Positions 25,370-37,999 are shown, counted from the first letter of the whole stretch. The stretch is 63,618 nucleotides of DNA, filler included, from Octopus bimaculoides (GCF_001194135.2; 4 parts of 4 records of this genome joined end to end with filler, not necessarily neighbours in it); one strand, 5' to 3'. Numbers and translations are program-made. Notes: a model not told the origin generated them from the letters alone.

Positions 25370-27217
25370 AATGAAGTAGAGAAATTTGAAAAGACAACAC
25401 GAAACCGGTTATTTCTCAAAATACAATGTTTATATACCAAAAAGATTTTCTAACATTTTTCTGACATAATTTAAATATATACTTTAACCATATAACACAA
25501 GTCTTCTGTAGTTTTTTCACTCTTATTATCTTTTNNNNNNNNNNNNNNNNNNNNNNNNNNNNNNNNNNNNNNNNNNNNNNNNNNNNNNNNNNNNNNNNNN
25601 NNNNNNNNNNNNNNNNNNNNNNNNNNNNNNNNNNNNNNNNNNNNNNNNNNNNNNNNNNNNNNNNNNNNNNNNNNNNNNNNNNNNNNNNNNNNNNNNNNNN
25701 NNNAGAGAGAGAGAGACAAGCAGACAGGCAGACAGACAGACAGACAGAGAGATATAAATTTGGTCAATAATTTATATTTTATGATAATTAATTAATTTTT
25801 AAAAAACTTTTTGAAAAGTGAAAAATCTTTACATGAAGCAAAATAATAATTGATTTATAGTTTTAATGTCAAACTATTTATTGTACTAAAACGTTTCCAT
25901 AAATTTCTTCTTTGACATCGAAGAACTACCATTATTAACCTCTCCGATGCAGCTTTAGTTTATTTAGACAAGATTACTATGGATTTATTTAGTTATTAAT
26001 TATTATTGTTGTTGTCGTTGTTGTAATGTTCATTGTAAACGTTGCTCTGTTCTGATGGGTTGAAGAACAGTATGGGGGTGGGAGGTGATGTTATGTAATG
26101 ATTTACTTCCTCACCCTGCCACTCACTTTCTTTTAAACTGTTCTGATTGTTTTTACAGAATTTTGATCTTTCTCTACTTTTCTTGTTTTGTTTTAAATTT
26201 TTGTAAGTGTTACAGGAAATGAAATTCAAAACATTTACAGTTGAAAACAGGGGTAAAGGGAAGAGAAAAGCAGAAAAAAACTAATGTGCATTAAGTACTA
26301 ATATTCCCATATTTGATATTCCATTTCAAAGGTCATGAAATGCTATTGTCCAATCTAACAACATAATCACTTTCCCAAGTTCATTTTCAGTACATAATTC
26401 TCAAATCGTTCTTTAACTCTTGCAAAGTAATACATTTGCTATTGTCTCATTCAACTTCCTTCCCTCTCCTTCTCTCTCTCTGTCTTTTATTATCATTTTT
26501 TTTTTCTTTTTGGTCTATGTTTACCTTGTCTATATATTACACCATTGTTCTGATTTTGTTATGATAAGCAGACAGTGGTGAGTTATGAGACAGAACTGTG
26601 CAGCCATTGTCTGTGGGGATTTTAATTTTAATTTTAAACTTTCTTTTCTCACCATCAGTGACAGATTTACAACTTGTCTGATTTGATGAGCTGTTGAAAC
26701 ACTGAGCTAAAGACAGGTGTGCCAGATCAAGTTCTTCCAAAGTCGTTCAGTTTTTCAAAAAATAGATGATTAGGTTAGGAATCTAGGTCCCAAAGAAAAG
26801 AAATTTTACCTAATAACTTATACACACACACACACATGTGTAATATGTTGGACTGAGTATGCATCAGTTGTTGTGTTAATGTGTTGAGCACTGGCACAGT
26901 TTCCGCTGTGTCTATCCCCGACTTCCTCCCCCGACCCTCTCATTTGCCTGTTGTTGTTCTCAGTGTATCTAAGGCTTTTCCTTTCTCCTCACTGATATTC
27001 ACAACCATTGCCAGATGAGTCAGGTGAGTAATATCCTGGCATTAAAGTGTTCACACTTTAAATGCATTGAAACTATATTGATTTTATTCCCCATGGCTAA
27101 TGAGAAGTGTTCTTTGTTTAATTATTGTCCTTTGCCATTAATCATTCGTTAGTCCCATTTTGATTTTCACACTCTCTCTCTTGTTCTCCCCACTCTGTAT
27201 GTATGTATGTATGTATG

Positions 27218-27308
<91 letters not shown>

Positions 27309-28559
27309 NNNNNNNNNNNNNNNNNNNNNNNNNNNNNNNNNNNNNNNNNNNNNNNNNNNNNNNNNNNNNNNNNNNNNNNNNNNNNNNNNNNNNNNNNNNN
27401 NNNNNNNNNNNNNNNNNNNNNNNNNNNNNNNNNNNNNNNNNNNNNNNNNNNNNNNNNNNNNNNNNNNNNNNNNNNNNNNNNNNNNNNNNNNNNNNNNNNN
27501 NNNNNNNNNNNNNNNNNNNNNNNNNNNNNNNNNNNNNNNNNNNNNNNNNNNNNNNNNNNNNNNNNNNNNNNNNNNNNNNNNNNNNNNNNNNNNNNNNNNN
27601 NNNNNNNNNNNNNNNNNNNNNNNNNNNNNNNNNNNNNNNNNNNNNNNNNNNNNNNNNNNNNNNNNNNNNNNNNNNNNNNNNNNNNNNNNNNNNNNNNNNN
27701 NNNNNNNNNNNNNNNNNNNNNNNNNNNNNNNNNNNNNNNNNNNNNNNNNNNNNNNNNNNNNNNNNNNNNNNNNNNNNNNNNNNNNNNNNNNNNNNNNNNN
27801 NNNNNNNNNNNNNNNNNNNNNNNNNNNNNNNNNNNNNNNNNNNNNNNNNNNNNNNNNNNNNNNNNNNNNNNNNNNNNNNNNNNNNNNNNNNNNNNNNNNN
27901 NNNNNNNNNNNNNNNNNNNNNNNNNNNNNNNNNNNNNNNNNNNNNNNNNNNNNNNNNNNNNNNNNNNNNNNNNNNNNNNNNNNNNNNNNNNNNNNNNNNN
28001 NNNNNNNNNNNNNNNNNNNNNNNNNNNNNNNNNNNNNNNNNNNNNNNNNNTAATACATGTAAATTTATAACTTCATCATACCGTATATATTTACCCATTA
28101 TATGTTATATCATAATGTATGTTTACACATCGTAATGTTTTAACTTTAATTTGTCATATTTTTATACAACTTAGAAATCATGCATATTTATAAATATTCT
28201 TTTAATAAATATTTTGAACATTCATGATATTTCTAAAGTTCTTATTGTTGTATTTGCTGGTCTTTTTACCGTACCTTTTAGACACTTTAGAGACTGAATA
28301 CTATAAATTCATTTATTGATTCTTGAAGGAATTGAACACACATATTGTATCTTACGTTGGACATATGGTATTGTTCCTGTGATTTTCCACCCTTATGTAT
28401 CCATTTTTACTATAAGATGAGATATATATATAGAAACTATTCCAAAGCAGACAGTAGAGCACATAATCATCACTATTCATGTGTGTATGTGTGAGCATAT
28501 ATATGAATGTGTATATATATACACACATACACACACTTACATAAATATATACATATATA

Positions 28560-29125
28560 TATCATCATCATCATCATCGTCGTTTAACGTTCACTTTCCA
28601 TGGTGGCATGTGTTGGATGGTCTGACTGAGAGCTGGTGCATACTGGCTTCATTTGTTGCAAGATTACACGTCCTCAGCATTCACAGCCCGTATTTCACTG
28701 CCATGTAGCATGGCTGTTTGCACACGTGTTGTACAGTCGTACAGTCTACCTTTTACTCTTAGCGAGAGGCCCTTTATCACCAACAGAGGTAGGATCTCTC
28801 TGAACTTTGCCCAGGCTATTCTTATTCTAGCAGCTACACTCTCAGAGCACCCCCCCCCCCGTTACTGATTTGGTAATGGAAGCCATTCCAGTGCTTATTG
28901 CTCCTGACCATTTGCCACACACAGAAACTATCTTCCTTGTTAGCCTTCCTTTGATATTGCTGCACCTCTTATGCATCCATAGCTTACACTGGGGTGCATC
29001 TTATGGAGTTTCTACCTACACCTTTCCTACAGATCGAGCAGGGCCATCTACCTGAAGGTGGTTGTGATTTGTCAGCCTTACTACTTATTAGGACTTTGGT
29101 TTTTGTTAGGTTGACTCTAAGGCCA
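28560..29125 (-). mobile_element. RTE LINE fragment with PHD finger (second copy) plus D-type tail
   Basis: Parallel to 23570-24060 (TGCACCTCTTATGCATCCATAGCTTACACTGGG...CCTACACCTTTCCTACAGAT). Confidence 0.75.
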
Positions 29126-29407
29126 TTTTTGATACGACATAGATTCACATATACACAGCATTTAAATTAAGCAACGGTTTACCTGTATAATGGGATCCAT
29201 TTGTATTTCCTCAGGTGTGTAGTGTTTATTAAAAAGCTGTCTAACCGTATTCCTTCTTGTTGACTGTTTTTTCAATTTTACTTTCACACTCAATGAATAC
29301 CTAAACCTAGACTTGGAAGAATGATATAATACTACCAGCTCTTTGGTAATTCTAAGGGTGAACACGCTCTATTTTGTACTCTGCTACGTTCCTAATCGGA
29401 TACACCT

Positions 29408-29445
<38 letters not shown>

Positions 29446-30727
29446 NNNNNNNNNNNNNNNNNNNNNNNNNNNNNNNNNNNNNNNNNNNNNNNNNNNNNNN
29501 NNNNNNNNNNNNNNNNNNNNNNNNNNNNNNNNNNNNNNNNNNNNNNNNNNNNNNNNNNNNNNNNNNNNNNNNNNNNNNNNNNNNNNNNNNNNNNNNNNNN
29601 NNNNNNNNNNNNNNNNNNNNNNNNNNNNNNNNNNNNNNNNNNNNNNNNNNNCTGTATTGACATGCATCTGTTTGAGAAGAGTGTACTAAATGCAAAATAG
29701 TCTACGTTATTTGTTAATATCTTGGTTTGAAATAGAAAACAAACAAACAAAAAAGCGAAGCCTAATGCCAAGCAATCTGAATGTCTTTTGTTCTTGCTTA
29801 TTCCCTAATATTAAAGAAATTTCGATGCTCAGGTCAGCAAGGAACCTGAGTTTATTTCTCAATTTATTAAATGTTAGTAAGAACAAAAGTCTTCCAACAG
29901 TGATATTCCCATCTCCTTTATTAAATCCGAATTTGGTTCTTTCAATTTTTTTTTTTTTTTCTAAATATAACCATCCTGTATTTTTTTGTGTGGATTCAAA
30001 CCTTTTTGTTTTGTTTTCTTTTTGTCTTTTTTTTTGTTTTGCTTTAATAAGAATGAAAGCCTTCCAACTGTGGCTGTCTCGTTTCTTTCAAAAATTAATA
30101 TCATCTCAGAGACAATATAAATAAAAAATTTTCAAATTTAATATAATTCATTATAAAAGAAATTAATGTTATTATTGCAGAATAATAGGATTCAAAAAAA
30201 AAATGAATACAAATTATGAAGAATCACAATAGAATTCCCAGTTTCCATCTGTAAGAACATATAGAACCATAGAGCTTAGAATAATAGCAAAGGATGTTGG
30301 TACTAAGAAATGTTTCATTGTACCCGTTCACAAACAAAAGCATGTTAGAACCACTGAAAACCGTACTAACTAATAACAGTACTAACTGGTACGCAGACAA
30401 CGTCAGATGGATGGTTTGCATGAATAGAACGGTCAGTTCAGTTTGCTTTGGTAATCAAATAAGGAAAAACTCATTGCATATTTTTATAGGCTGTTAATTC
30501 CATCATAACAGAATTTCATGTTGGTTGAAATCATGTGCCTCTCATATATATATATACATATAATGCAAATAATATATGAATACATGCATATATACGTACA
30601 TATATGTACATATCTACATCTACATGTGTATATAAATGCATATCTGGGTACAGGACGTTGCAAAAAAACGTGGACAAAATGATAAACGGAGTACAGAAAA
30701 CACACAGGCCACATAGTTGAATCTAAG

Positions 30728-31647
30728 AAGCCTCAGTTGTAGTATGCAAGAGAGACGATTGCGCTGGTATGGTCATGTGGCGAGAATGGATGAGGAGAGC
30801 TGTGTGAAAAAGTGCCATACCCTAGCAGTTGAGGGAAGAGGTAGGCCCAGGAAGACCTGAGATGAGGTGGTGAGGCATGACCTTTGAACATTCGGCCTCA
30901 CCGAGGTAATGATTTCTGACCTAGACCTTTGGAAATATGCCATGCGTGAGAGGACCCGGCAAGCCAAGTGAGACCATAATCCAAGGCCTCTGCCAGAAGT
31001 GTAGCCAGCCCACTTATGCATACCTTTCTTTCATTGGACACTAAACTCCGCTTGCGAAGACCTGTTGAGGCAAGTGAAATCGAAATTGAACTAAATTCAA
31101 CGACTGGCACCCATACCAATGTCTCCTTCATTGGACACTGAACATGGCTTGCAAAGACCTGTTGGGGCAAGTGAAAGCGAAATCATGATGGCTCCTGTAC
31201 CAGTGGAACGCTAACAGCACCGTCCGAGCGTGATCGTTGCCAGAGCAGCTGTCCGGCTTCCATGCCAGTGGCACGTAAATAGCACCATTTCAGCATGATC
31301 GTTACCAACGTCACCTTCCTGGCACTTGTGCTGGTGGCACATGAAACGACATTTGAGTGAGGTCATTGCCAGTGCCGCTGGACTGGCTCCTGTGCAGGTG
31401 GCACGTAAAATACATCATTTCGAGCATGGCTGTTGCCAGTACCACCTGACTGGCCTTCGTGCCGGTGGCATGTAAAAGCACCCACTACATTCTGGGAGTG
31501 GTTGGCATTAGGAAGGGCATCCAGCCATAGAAACTCTGCCAAATCAGATTGGAGCCTGGTGCAGCCTCCTGGCTTACCAGTCCTCAGTCAAATCGTCCAA
31601 CCCATTACCAGCATGGAAAACGGACGTTAAACGATGATGATGATGAT
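30728..31647 (+). mobile_element. RTE LINE 3' end: C-terminal ORF, 3' UTR with internal duplication and minisatellite, (GAT)n tail
   Basis: RRLRWYGHVARMDEESCVKKCHTLAV..RGRPRKT. 31020-31090 is duplicated at 31120-31185. GTGGCACGTAAA units. Ends GGACGTTAAAC(GAT)n. Confidence 0.8.
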
Positions 31648-31679
31648 ACACACGCATATATATATATATATATATATAT

Positions 31680-31813
31680 CATCATCATCATCATCATCGT
31701 TTAACGTCCGCTTTCCATGCTAGCATGGGTTGGACGATTTGACTGAGGACTGGTGAAACCGGATGGCAACACCAGGCTCCAGTCTGATTTGGCAGAGTTT
31801 CTACAGCTGGATG
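31680..31813 (-). mobile_element. RTE-tail repeat (family D), inverted relative to 31518-31647
   Basis: Reverse complement of the preceding LINE tail. Truncated by the N spacer. Confidence 0.85.
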
Positions 31814-31913
31814 NNNNNNNNNNNNNNNNNNNNNNNNNNNNNNNNNNNNNNNNNNNNTTAATTAATTAANNNNNNNNNNNNNNNNNNNNNNNNNNNNNNN
31901 NNNNNNNNNNNNN
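31814..31913. other. Artificial 100-bp contig spacer N44-TTAATTAATTAA-N44
   Basis: Same pattern at 37243-37342 and 53020-53119. TTAATTAATTAA puts stops in all six frames. Confidence 0.85.
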
Positions 31914-31975
<62 letters not shown>

Positions 31976-32026
31976 AAAGAAGGTGGCTAGATGCAATTCA
32001 AAACCAAAAGGTAAATAATTCACCGT

Positions 32027-33203
32027 CACTAAAATGTGACGACGTGTGCAAGGGGCAGCAGCTTTACTAGAAATAAGAGTCAAGCAACTCTTGAGCCACA
32101 AAAGCACATTTTCTATTTACTGACAAGGGTAGACAACCTCCTCACCGCAATTGAGAAGCATTAGATTGGCATGCCAATTTCGTATGAATTTTAATGCTCA
32201 TCAGAAATGTTTCCTCCATTGCGGGCTGCGACGTTAAATTCTACCTTGTCGGCGTTTGTAGATTTTACCATAGGAACTAGTGGCTGATTCCGCAAAATGC
32301 TAATGGGAAAATTATAAAATAATGAAGGTGGCTAGACACAATTCAAAATCAAAAAGGAAATAATTCAACGACACTAAAATGTGACGTAGGGTGCAGAGTG
32401 CACCAGCATTGCTAGAAATAAGAGTCAAAGAACTCTTCACCACCCGCGATGGAGGAAACATTACTGGTGAGCATTATATCTATTGTGTACATAGAATATA
32501 TTGTGTATTTTGACGGAGATGTCTAGAAACCAAACAGAAGTATCAGATATGGTGTGGGTGAATTCCAAGGCTGAGTGAAAGGTTTTAACTAAAGAAATTA
32601 AATCTCTCCATCACCCTTTTCCTTCTTTCTGCACGCTCTCCCCTGTTTTACGTCAGCAGGCCGTGTTATTCATGCGAAATTAGCATTCCAGTCTAATGTC
32701 TCTCAATTGCGGTGGGGAGGTTGTCTCCCCTTGTCACTGAATAAAAATGTGTTTTTGTAGCCTAAGAGTTCTTTGATTCTTATTTCTAGCAATGCTGGTG
32801 TGGAAGCGCAATGGCCCAGTGGTTAGGATTGCGATTTCGATTCCCAGACCAGGCGTTGTGAGTGTTTATTGAGCGAAAACACCTAAAAAGCTCCACGAGG
32901 CTCCAGCAGGGGATGGTGGTGAACTCTGCTGTACTCTTTCACCACAACTTTCTCTCACTCTTACTTTCTGTTTCTGTTGTGCCTGTAATTCAAAGGGCCA
33001 GCCTTGTCACACTGTGTCACGCTGAATATCCCCGAGAACTACGTTAAGGGTACACGTGTCTGTGGAGTGCTCAGCCACTTGCATGTTAATTTCACGAGCA
33101 GGCTGTTCCGTTGATCGGATCAACTGGAACCCTCGACGTCGTAAGCGACGGAGTGCCAACAATGCTGGTGCTCCTTGCATCCTTCGTCACTTTTTAGTAA
33201 CAG
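32027..33203. repeat. Imperfect inverted repeat (~160-bp arms 32027-32185 and 32672-33203, right arm interrupted by a SINE) plus direct partial copy at 32324-32437
   Basis: CTAGAAATAAGAGTCAA...GACAAGGGTAGACAACCTCCTCACCGCAATTGAG is mirrored on the opposite strand. Confidence 0.75.
32801..33160 (+). mobile_element. tRNA-derived SINE family E with 10-11-bp TSD
   Basis: TSD (C)AATGCTGGTG at 32790-32800 and 33160-33170. Highly similar to 6984-7357. Confidence 0.9.
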
Positions 33204-33389
33204 TACATACATACATACATACATACATACATACATACATACATACATACATACATACATACATACATTTATATATATATATCAAACATTTAACAAGAAC
33301 ACAAAATTTTACAAAAACATAACAAACAGAAAATTCGTATCTTATTCCTCATCAGTTAATGTCCCAAAGATCATTACAATTTCGCATTG

Positions 33390-34021
33390 ACCATCATAGA
33401 GAAAGTTGAGTAGAGAATCTGCATCAAATTTTGCCAAAAGCTTGGTGATACCTGCTCAGAGGCCTATGCAATGATTTCAAAAACTTTTCATCGTTATCGA
33501 CACAATCAAGATCTTGTGCAACTGTAACCTGAGTGTTTTCTTTGGTCAGCTGAAAACAGTTTTGACACAAACTTGACAGACACTCATCTCATACCCAAAT
33601 CTTCAGAGATAATGTACTGAACTGAACTGTAAGTAATCTGCACATCCTCTGATAACTCACGGTGATTCAACGATTTCCCCTCACGGCTGCTGGTTGCGGG
33701 TCTCCCAGAATGTTCGTCAATATCGAGATTTTTCGGCCATCTTGAAACGTCTGAACCACTCGTACACTTGTGTGCGTCTCATACACTCCTCTCCATATAC
33801 TTTCTGCAACTTTGCGCAGGCCTCTGAGCAGGTATCGTCATGACATCTTTCTTTGTCATGGTCAGTGCGACGGTCATACGCTACACACCTTTCTTCCAAA
33901 CACTGCTGCAAACAGCGGAAGTGAGCTAGAATGTTAAAACTTAGTGCACATGCACAGCCGAGTTCAAGGTTAGCTTTTGTCAAGCGACAACAGTCCAGAT
34001 ATTTATTAATCAGACCTTGTA
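33390..34021 (-). mobile_element. Mariner 5' part (TIR plus HTH), with a short oppositely oriented mariner piece at 33390-33480
   Basis: DTCSEACAKLQKVYGEECMRRTQVYEWFRRFK...DEHSGRP. TIR TACAAGGTCTGATTAATAAATATCTGGAC. Plus-strand RICIKFCQKLGDTCSEAYAM. Confidence 0.8.
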
Positions 34022-34039
34022 TATTACCCTAATTTAAGG

Positions 34040-34250
34040 CGGCGAGCTGGCAGAATCGTGAGCAGATCGGGCAAAATGCTTCGCAAAATTTCGTCCGTCT
34101 TTATGTTCTGAGTTCAAATTCCGGTGTGATCAATTTTGCCTTTTATCCTTTCAGGGGTCGATAAGATAAGTACTAGTTGAATTCTGGGATAAATGTAAAC
34201 GACTTGACCCATGCCCCGAAATTTCTGGCCTTGTGCTAAAATTTGAAATC
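34040..34250 (+). mobile_element. SINE family A copy
   Basis: GGCGGCGAGCTGGCAGAATCG...GTTCTGAGTTCAAATTCC. Confidence 0.8.
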
Positions 34251-35007
34251 AATTCAAAATTTGAAACTAATTATTTGAAACCAATATTGAAACCGATTTA
34301 AGATAACAATAAGAGAGATCATCAAATAGAATTGAGGGCAGCGGTGCAAAAAGCAATTATGCTCTACGTTAGTTAGGAGAAGTATTGCAGAAGTATTAGA
34401 AATCGCAACGTCTACTGTTGCAACATTACGCAATAATAACAATGAAATCAGGTTAAGTGTCTAAGCAGTTACTCAGTAAAATATCCGGATATTGTTTTTT
34501 CATAGAACTGAAGTGATGCTTAAACGTGAAACGACGATCAGTCTAGATGTAATGTACAGATTAATAGGATGGTCATTCAAGCGACCAGACTCTGAAGCTT
34601 TCAATACATCTGATGCTGTTTGTGAGAGGAAACGCTGTTGCTGATATGAAACTGAACATCCTACTTGTATATGTATCTCCAAAAATATACCGAATTTCAG
34701 AGGCTATACTAAGTTTATTTTGTGATTTGGCGTTCAAATAAAAACATTTTCCTTGACTGGTCCACAGAATTTCTGCTCCGCTCTAGAAATATACAGTGTC
34801 AGGCATAATATTTCCAACAAAGCGTTGCTCCTGTTAGACCTTGCCGTAAGCCACGGAGTAAATTTCAATAATCTTTCTGATAATATGAGGGCAATATATA
34901 TATATATATATATANNNNNNNNNNNNNNNNNNNNNNNNNNNNNNNNNNNNNNNNNATATATAAAATGTTAAATCTCTGAACGAGGTATAAACAGTAACTG
35001 CACGACA

Positions 35008-35302
35008 ACGTGAAGTATAAATGCAGCTACACCCTAAGGGTGAATGTTACTGTTGCTTTTAGCCCCAGGAGAACATCTCCTCGACAATCACTGATCGCTG
35101 ACGAAGGGTAAATACCCAGAAACCTGGGTCCGTTCGTATCACGTCAGATCGATGATGGGAAGGATGACTTCCCTTTGCAAATACCGACAGGGCACAGAAA
35201 GTGTGTCAATAGCCAGCTGGAGATGTTCTCCTGGGGCTAAAAGCAACAGTAACATTCACCCTTAGGGTCTAGCCGCATTTAAGTGGCAAATATACTTCAC
35301 GT
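35008..35302. mobile_element. Foldback/MITE-like element with long inverted arms enclosing a hammerhead
   Basis: Perfect 50-bp IR 35031-35080 / 35219-35268, extending imperfectly to 35008 / 35302. Confidence 0.85.
35093..35135 (+). ncRNA. Minimal type I hammerhead-like ribozyme
   Basis: GATCG-CTGACGA-A-GGGT(AAAT)ACCC-A-GAA-AC(CTGG)GT-C-CGTTC. Canonical core, GUC cleavage triplet (after 35130), stem I 4 of 5 bp. Confidence 0.7.
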
Positions 35303-35989
35303 ATATATATGTATATATATATATACCTTAGAACACAACTTCTTTCTTTTAGCTGATGGATCAAGGTGAGATAGCTATATTCAAGCACATTATCAGGAAA
35401 GAACTTTGATTTACCTAATGAAAGCAAACTAATGATGAGGATGTATCAAAAGTTACAGACTTCTAGAGAAAAGTTTAACATTATGGATGCAGTGGATAAC
35501 ATAGCTGACCGATAGAGCAAAGAAAAACTCCCAGTTATGATTTGCGTTTAGCAAGATATTCGGTCATACTGGATCTGTGATTTTACAAATTTTACATTCG
35601 CTGAATGTCTACAGTAAGACCAGCAAAATGCATTATGATACTGGCAAATAATGTATGGATTGAAGAATCTGTAGACAAAAAAATACGGTTGAGTTGTTAA
35701 GATCCCATAGAGATAATTCATTGACTGAGGAGCTGATACTTTTAGAATAAGAACAAGCTGAAGAACAAGAAGAGGAAACATAAGCTCTGCCCATGGCATT
35801 TTACATAACAGCAAAGAATACGGCATTCATAGAGTAGGTAGTGTAGAACATATAGAACACAGAGTAGATAGTTATAGAACATAGGGATTTTTCTCATGCC
35901 CTCGAAACAGAATTTTCAACAACTTTAACCGATATTTAGAATAATGTATTCAATGTTCAAGAACGAAACAATGAAGCTGCTTATGTAAT

Positions 35990-36232
35990 ATTCGAAACGA
36001 ATGTCTGTCCTTAGGGTATCAACACATGTCGACCTCGCTCTCCCTCTTCTAGTGTGTCCATGTAGGGGCTCCCACAGGAGCACTGAGTGCAATATCAACT
36101 CTGAATGATGGTGAGCATGTCCCACTAACCTCAGTCTCTTCTGTGTTATTTTCGAGCTAACTTTTGGGCGACTCTTGTACAGTTCTGAGTTCTTCATCCT
36201 CAGTGTATACTGATTAATGTTCAGAGCCATCC
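35990..36232 (-). mobile_element. RTE-clade LINE C-terminal fragment
   Basis: ITQKRLRLVGHAHHHSELILHSVLLWEPLHGHTRRGRARSTCVDTLRTD, homologous to 47.5-47.7 kb. Confidence 0.7.
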
Positions 36233-36234
36233 TC

Positions 36235-36268
<34 letters not shown>

Positions 36269-36408
36269 CCCGCGAGGTAGATTCTGCCTTTCATCATTTC
36301 GGATTCGATAAAATATGTACCAGACCGATCTTATTGATTAAGCCTCACCTATATAAATTTATAGGCATGTTCCTATTATATAGTGATTTATAATGTTAAC
36401 TTATAGTA

Positions 36409-36800
36409 AGGCGGTGAGCTGGCAGAAACGTTTGCACGCCGAGCGAAATGCATAGCGGTACTTCGTCTGCCGCTACATTCTGAGTTCAAATTCCGCCGTG
36501 GTCGACTTTGCCGTTCATCCTTTCGGGGCCGATGAATTAAGTACATGTTGCGCACTGGAGTCGGTATAATCTACTTAATCTGTTTGCCTGTCCTTGTTTG
36601 TCCCCTTTGTGTTTAGCCCCTTGTGGGCAATAAAGAAATAAGATACGTTAGGACACCGGGCGAAATGCTTAGCGACATTTCGTCTGTCTTTACGTTCTGA
36701 GTTCAAATTCCGCCGAGGTTGACTTTGCCTTGCCTTTCATCCTTTTGGAGGTCGATGAATTAAATACCAGTTGCGTACTGAGGGTCAATCAATTACGGGT
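36409..36800 (+). mobile_element. Two tandem SINE family A copies
   Basis: The GTTCTGAGTTCAAATTCCGCC block occurs twice (about 36478 and 36695). Confidence 0.8.
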
Positions 36801-36819
36801 TTTCTACCAAGAGTAAAAG

Positions 36820-37060
36820 AGAAAATTAACTTATAGTTAAACATTTAACGTTTTACTTACTTAAGTCACTACACTGCTGCCATGCTGGAGCACGACCTTG
36901 AAAAATTTTAGACGAACGAATCAACCCGAGTACTTAACCTTTGTTTAAGCCTGGTAATTATTCTATCGTTCACTTTTGCCGAACCGCTAGTTTACGGCGA
37001 TGTAAACACACCAGCATCAGTTGTCAAGCGATATTGGGGGGGACAAACACAGACACACAA
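36820..37060 (-). mobile_element. SINE family B body
   Basis: GCCATGCTGGAGCAC...GTAAACACACCAGCATCAGTTGTCAAGCG. Confidence 0.7.
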
Positions 37061-37123
<63 letters not shown>

Positions 37124-37130
37124 CTAGCAG

Positions 37131-37242
37131 AAATACCCGTCTCTGCCCGGGTTAAAGAGAATAATGAAATCTAAAAACGCCGTCTAGACTACGCAACCCT
37201 CAACTGTTAGTAGCTACGATACCATATTTCTACATTAATAAC
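37131..37242 (+). mobile_element. Possible Helitron-type non-autonomous terminus after (CA)n(TA)n
   Basis: TACTAGCAGAAATACCCGTCTCTGCCCGGGT: CTAG plus a short CCCG/CGGG hairpin. Cut by the spacer. Confidence 0.3.
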
Positions 37243-37342
37243 NNNNNNNNNNNNNNNNNNNNNNNNNNNNNNNNNNNNNNNNNNNNTTAATTAATTAANN
37301 NNNNNNNNNNNNNNNNNNNNNNNNNNNNNNNNNNNNNNNNNN

Positions 37343-37715
37343 AGCGAAACGGGCTGATTACTACCTAGCTCAGATACCAGGAAACCCCAAAATGGCTGAA
37401 GTCCAAAAGATAGTGCTCATGGGAACTGCCCATATCCTACGTAAAATACTGTCTATGTGATCTCAAATTTTAAAGCAAACATAATTTTCTTATGGTTTCT
37501 TAAACATTCACTTGAACAAAACTGTACAAATCCAAATATATGGTACCCTAGGCATAACACCTACATGAACTTCTAACTTGTTGTCTCTTGAGGTCTCTGG
37601 GTGAGACTTGGATCCAACTTGTACAAATGCAAAACAAAAGTCAAACATAAAATAATAATAATAATAATAATAATAACAATAATGATAATAATAATGGTGA
37701 TGATGATGATAATCA
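37343..37715 (+). mobile_element. R4/Dong LINE 3' end with (AAT)n tail
   Basis: KRADYYLAQIPGNPKMAEVQKIVLMGTAHILRKILSM*, then UTR and (AAT)n. Close match to 50650-50947. Confidence 0.75.
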
Positions 37716-37999
37716 TAATCGAACAGCATTGACGTGTGACAGCGAGCTGCGAGAAGACGCATCAAATCTGAAACCATCACGAAGCAGGAATTAGGAATAT
37801 GCAAAAACGATGAAAGAGAAGTGTGTCTTAATGAAAGCCATCTCAGGAAACTAAAAGTTTTTTTCTTATATGGAGGAATATATTTATAGAAAGATAGCTT
37901 GCCCCTGATGAACTGCTCCAGCAAAATGTGCGTAAAGCTCTAAACAAATGGACTGCAAAATGTCTATACGAAAACTACAATTCCGTGAGTAGAATGTTA

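Noticed and set aside
26964-27023. Plus-strand 60-nt segment with strong acceptor and GTGAGT donor (similar 20-nt case near 19955)
   Set aside because: Stops in all three frames. Could be a UTR or lncRNA exon but cannot be supported from sequence alone.
29875-30072. Two ~29-bp similar segments (TVGRL on the minus strand), suggesting a repeated peptide precursor
   Set aside because: About a quarter of positions mismatch, no extension, and intervening poly-T with stops.
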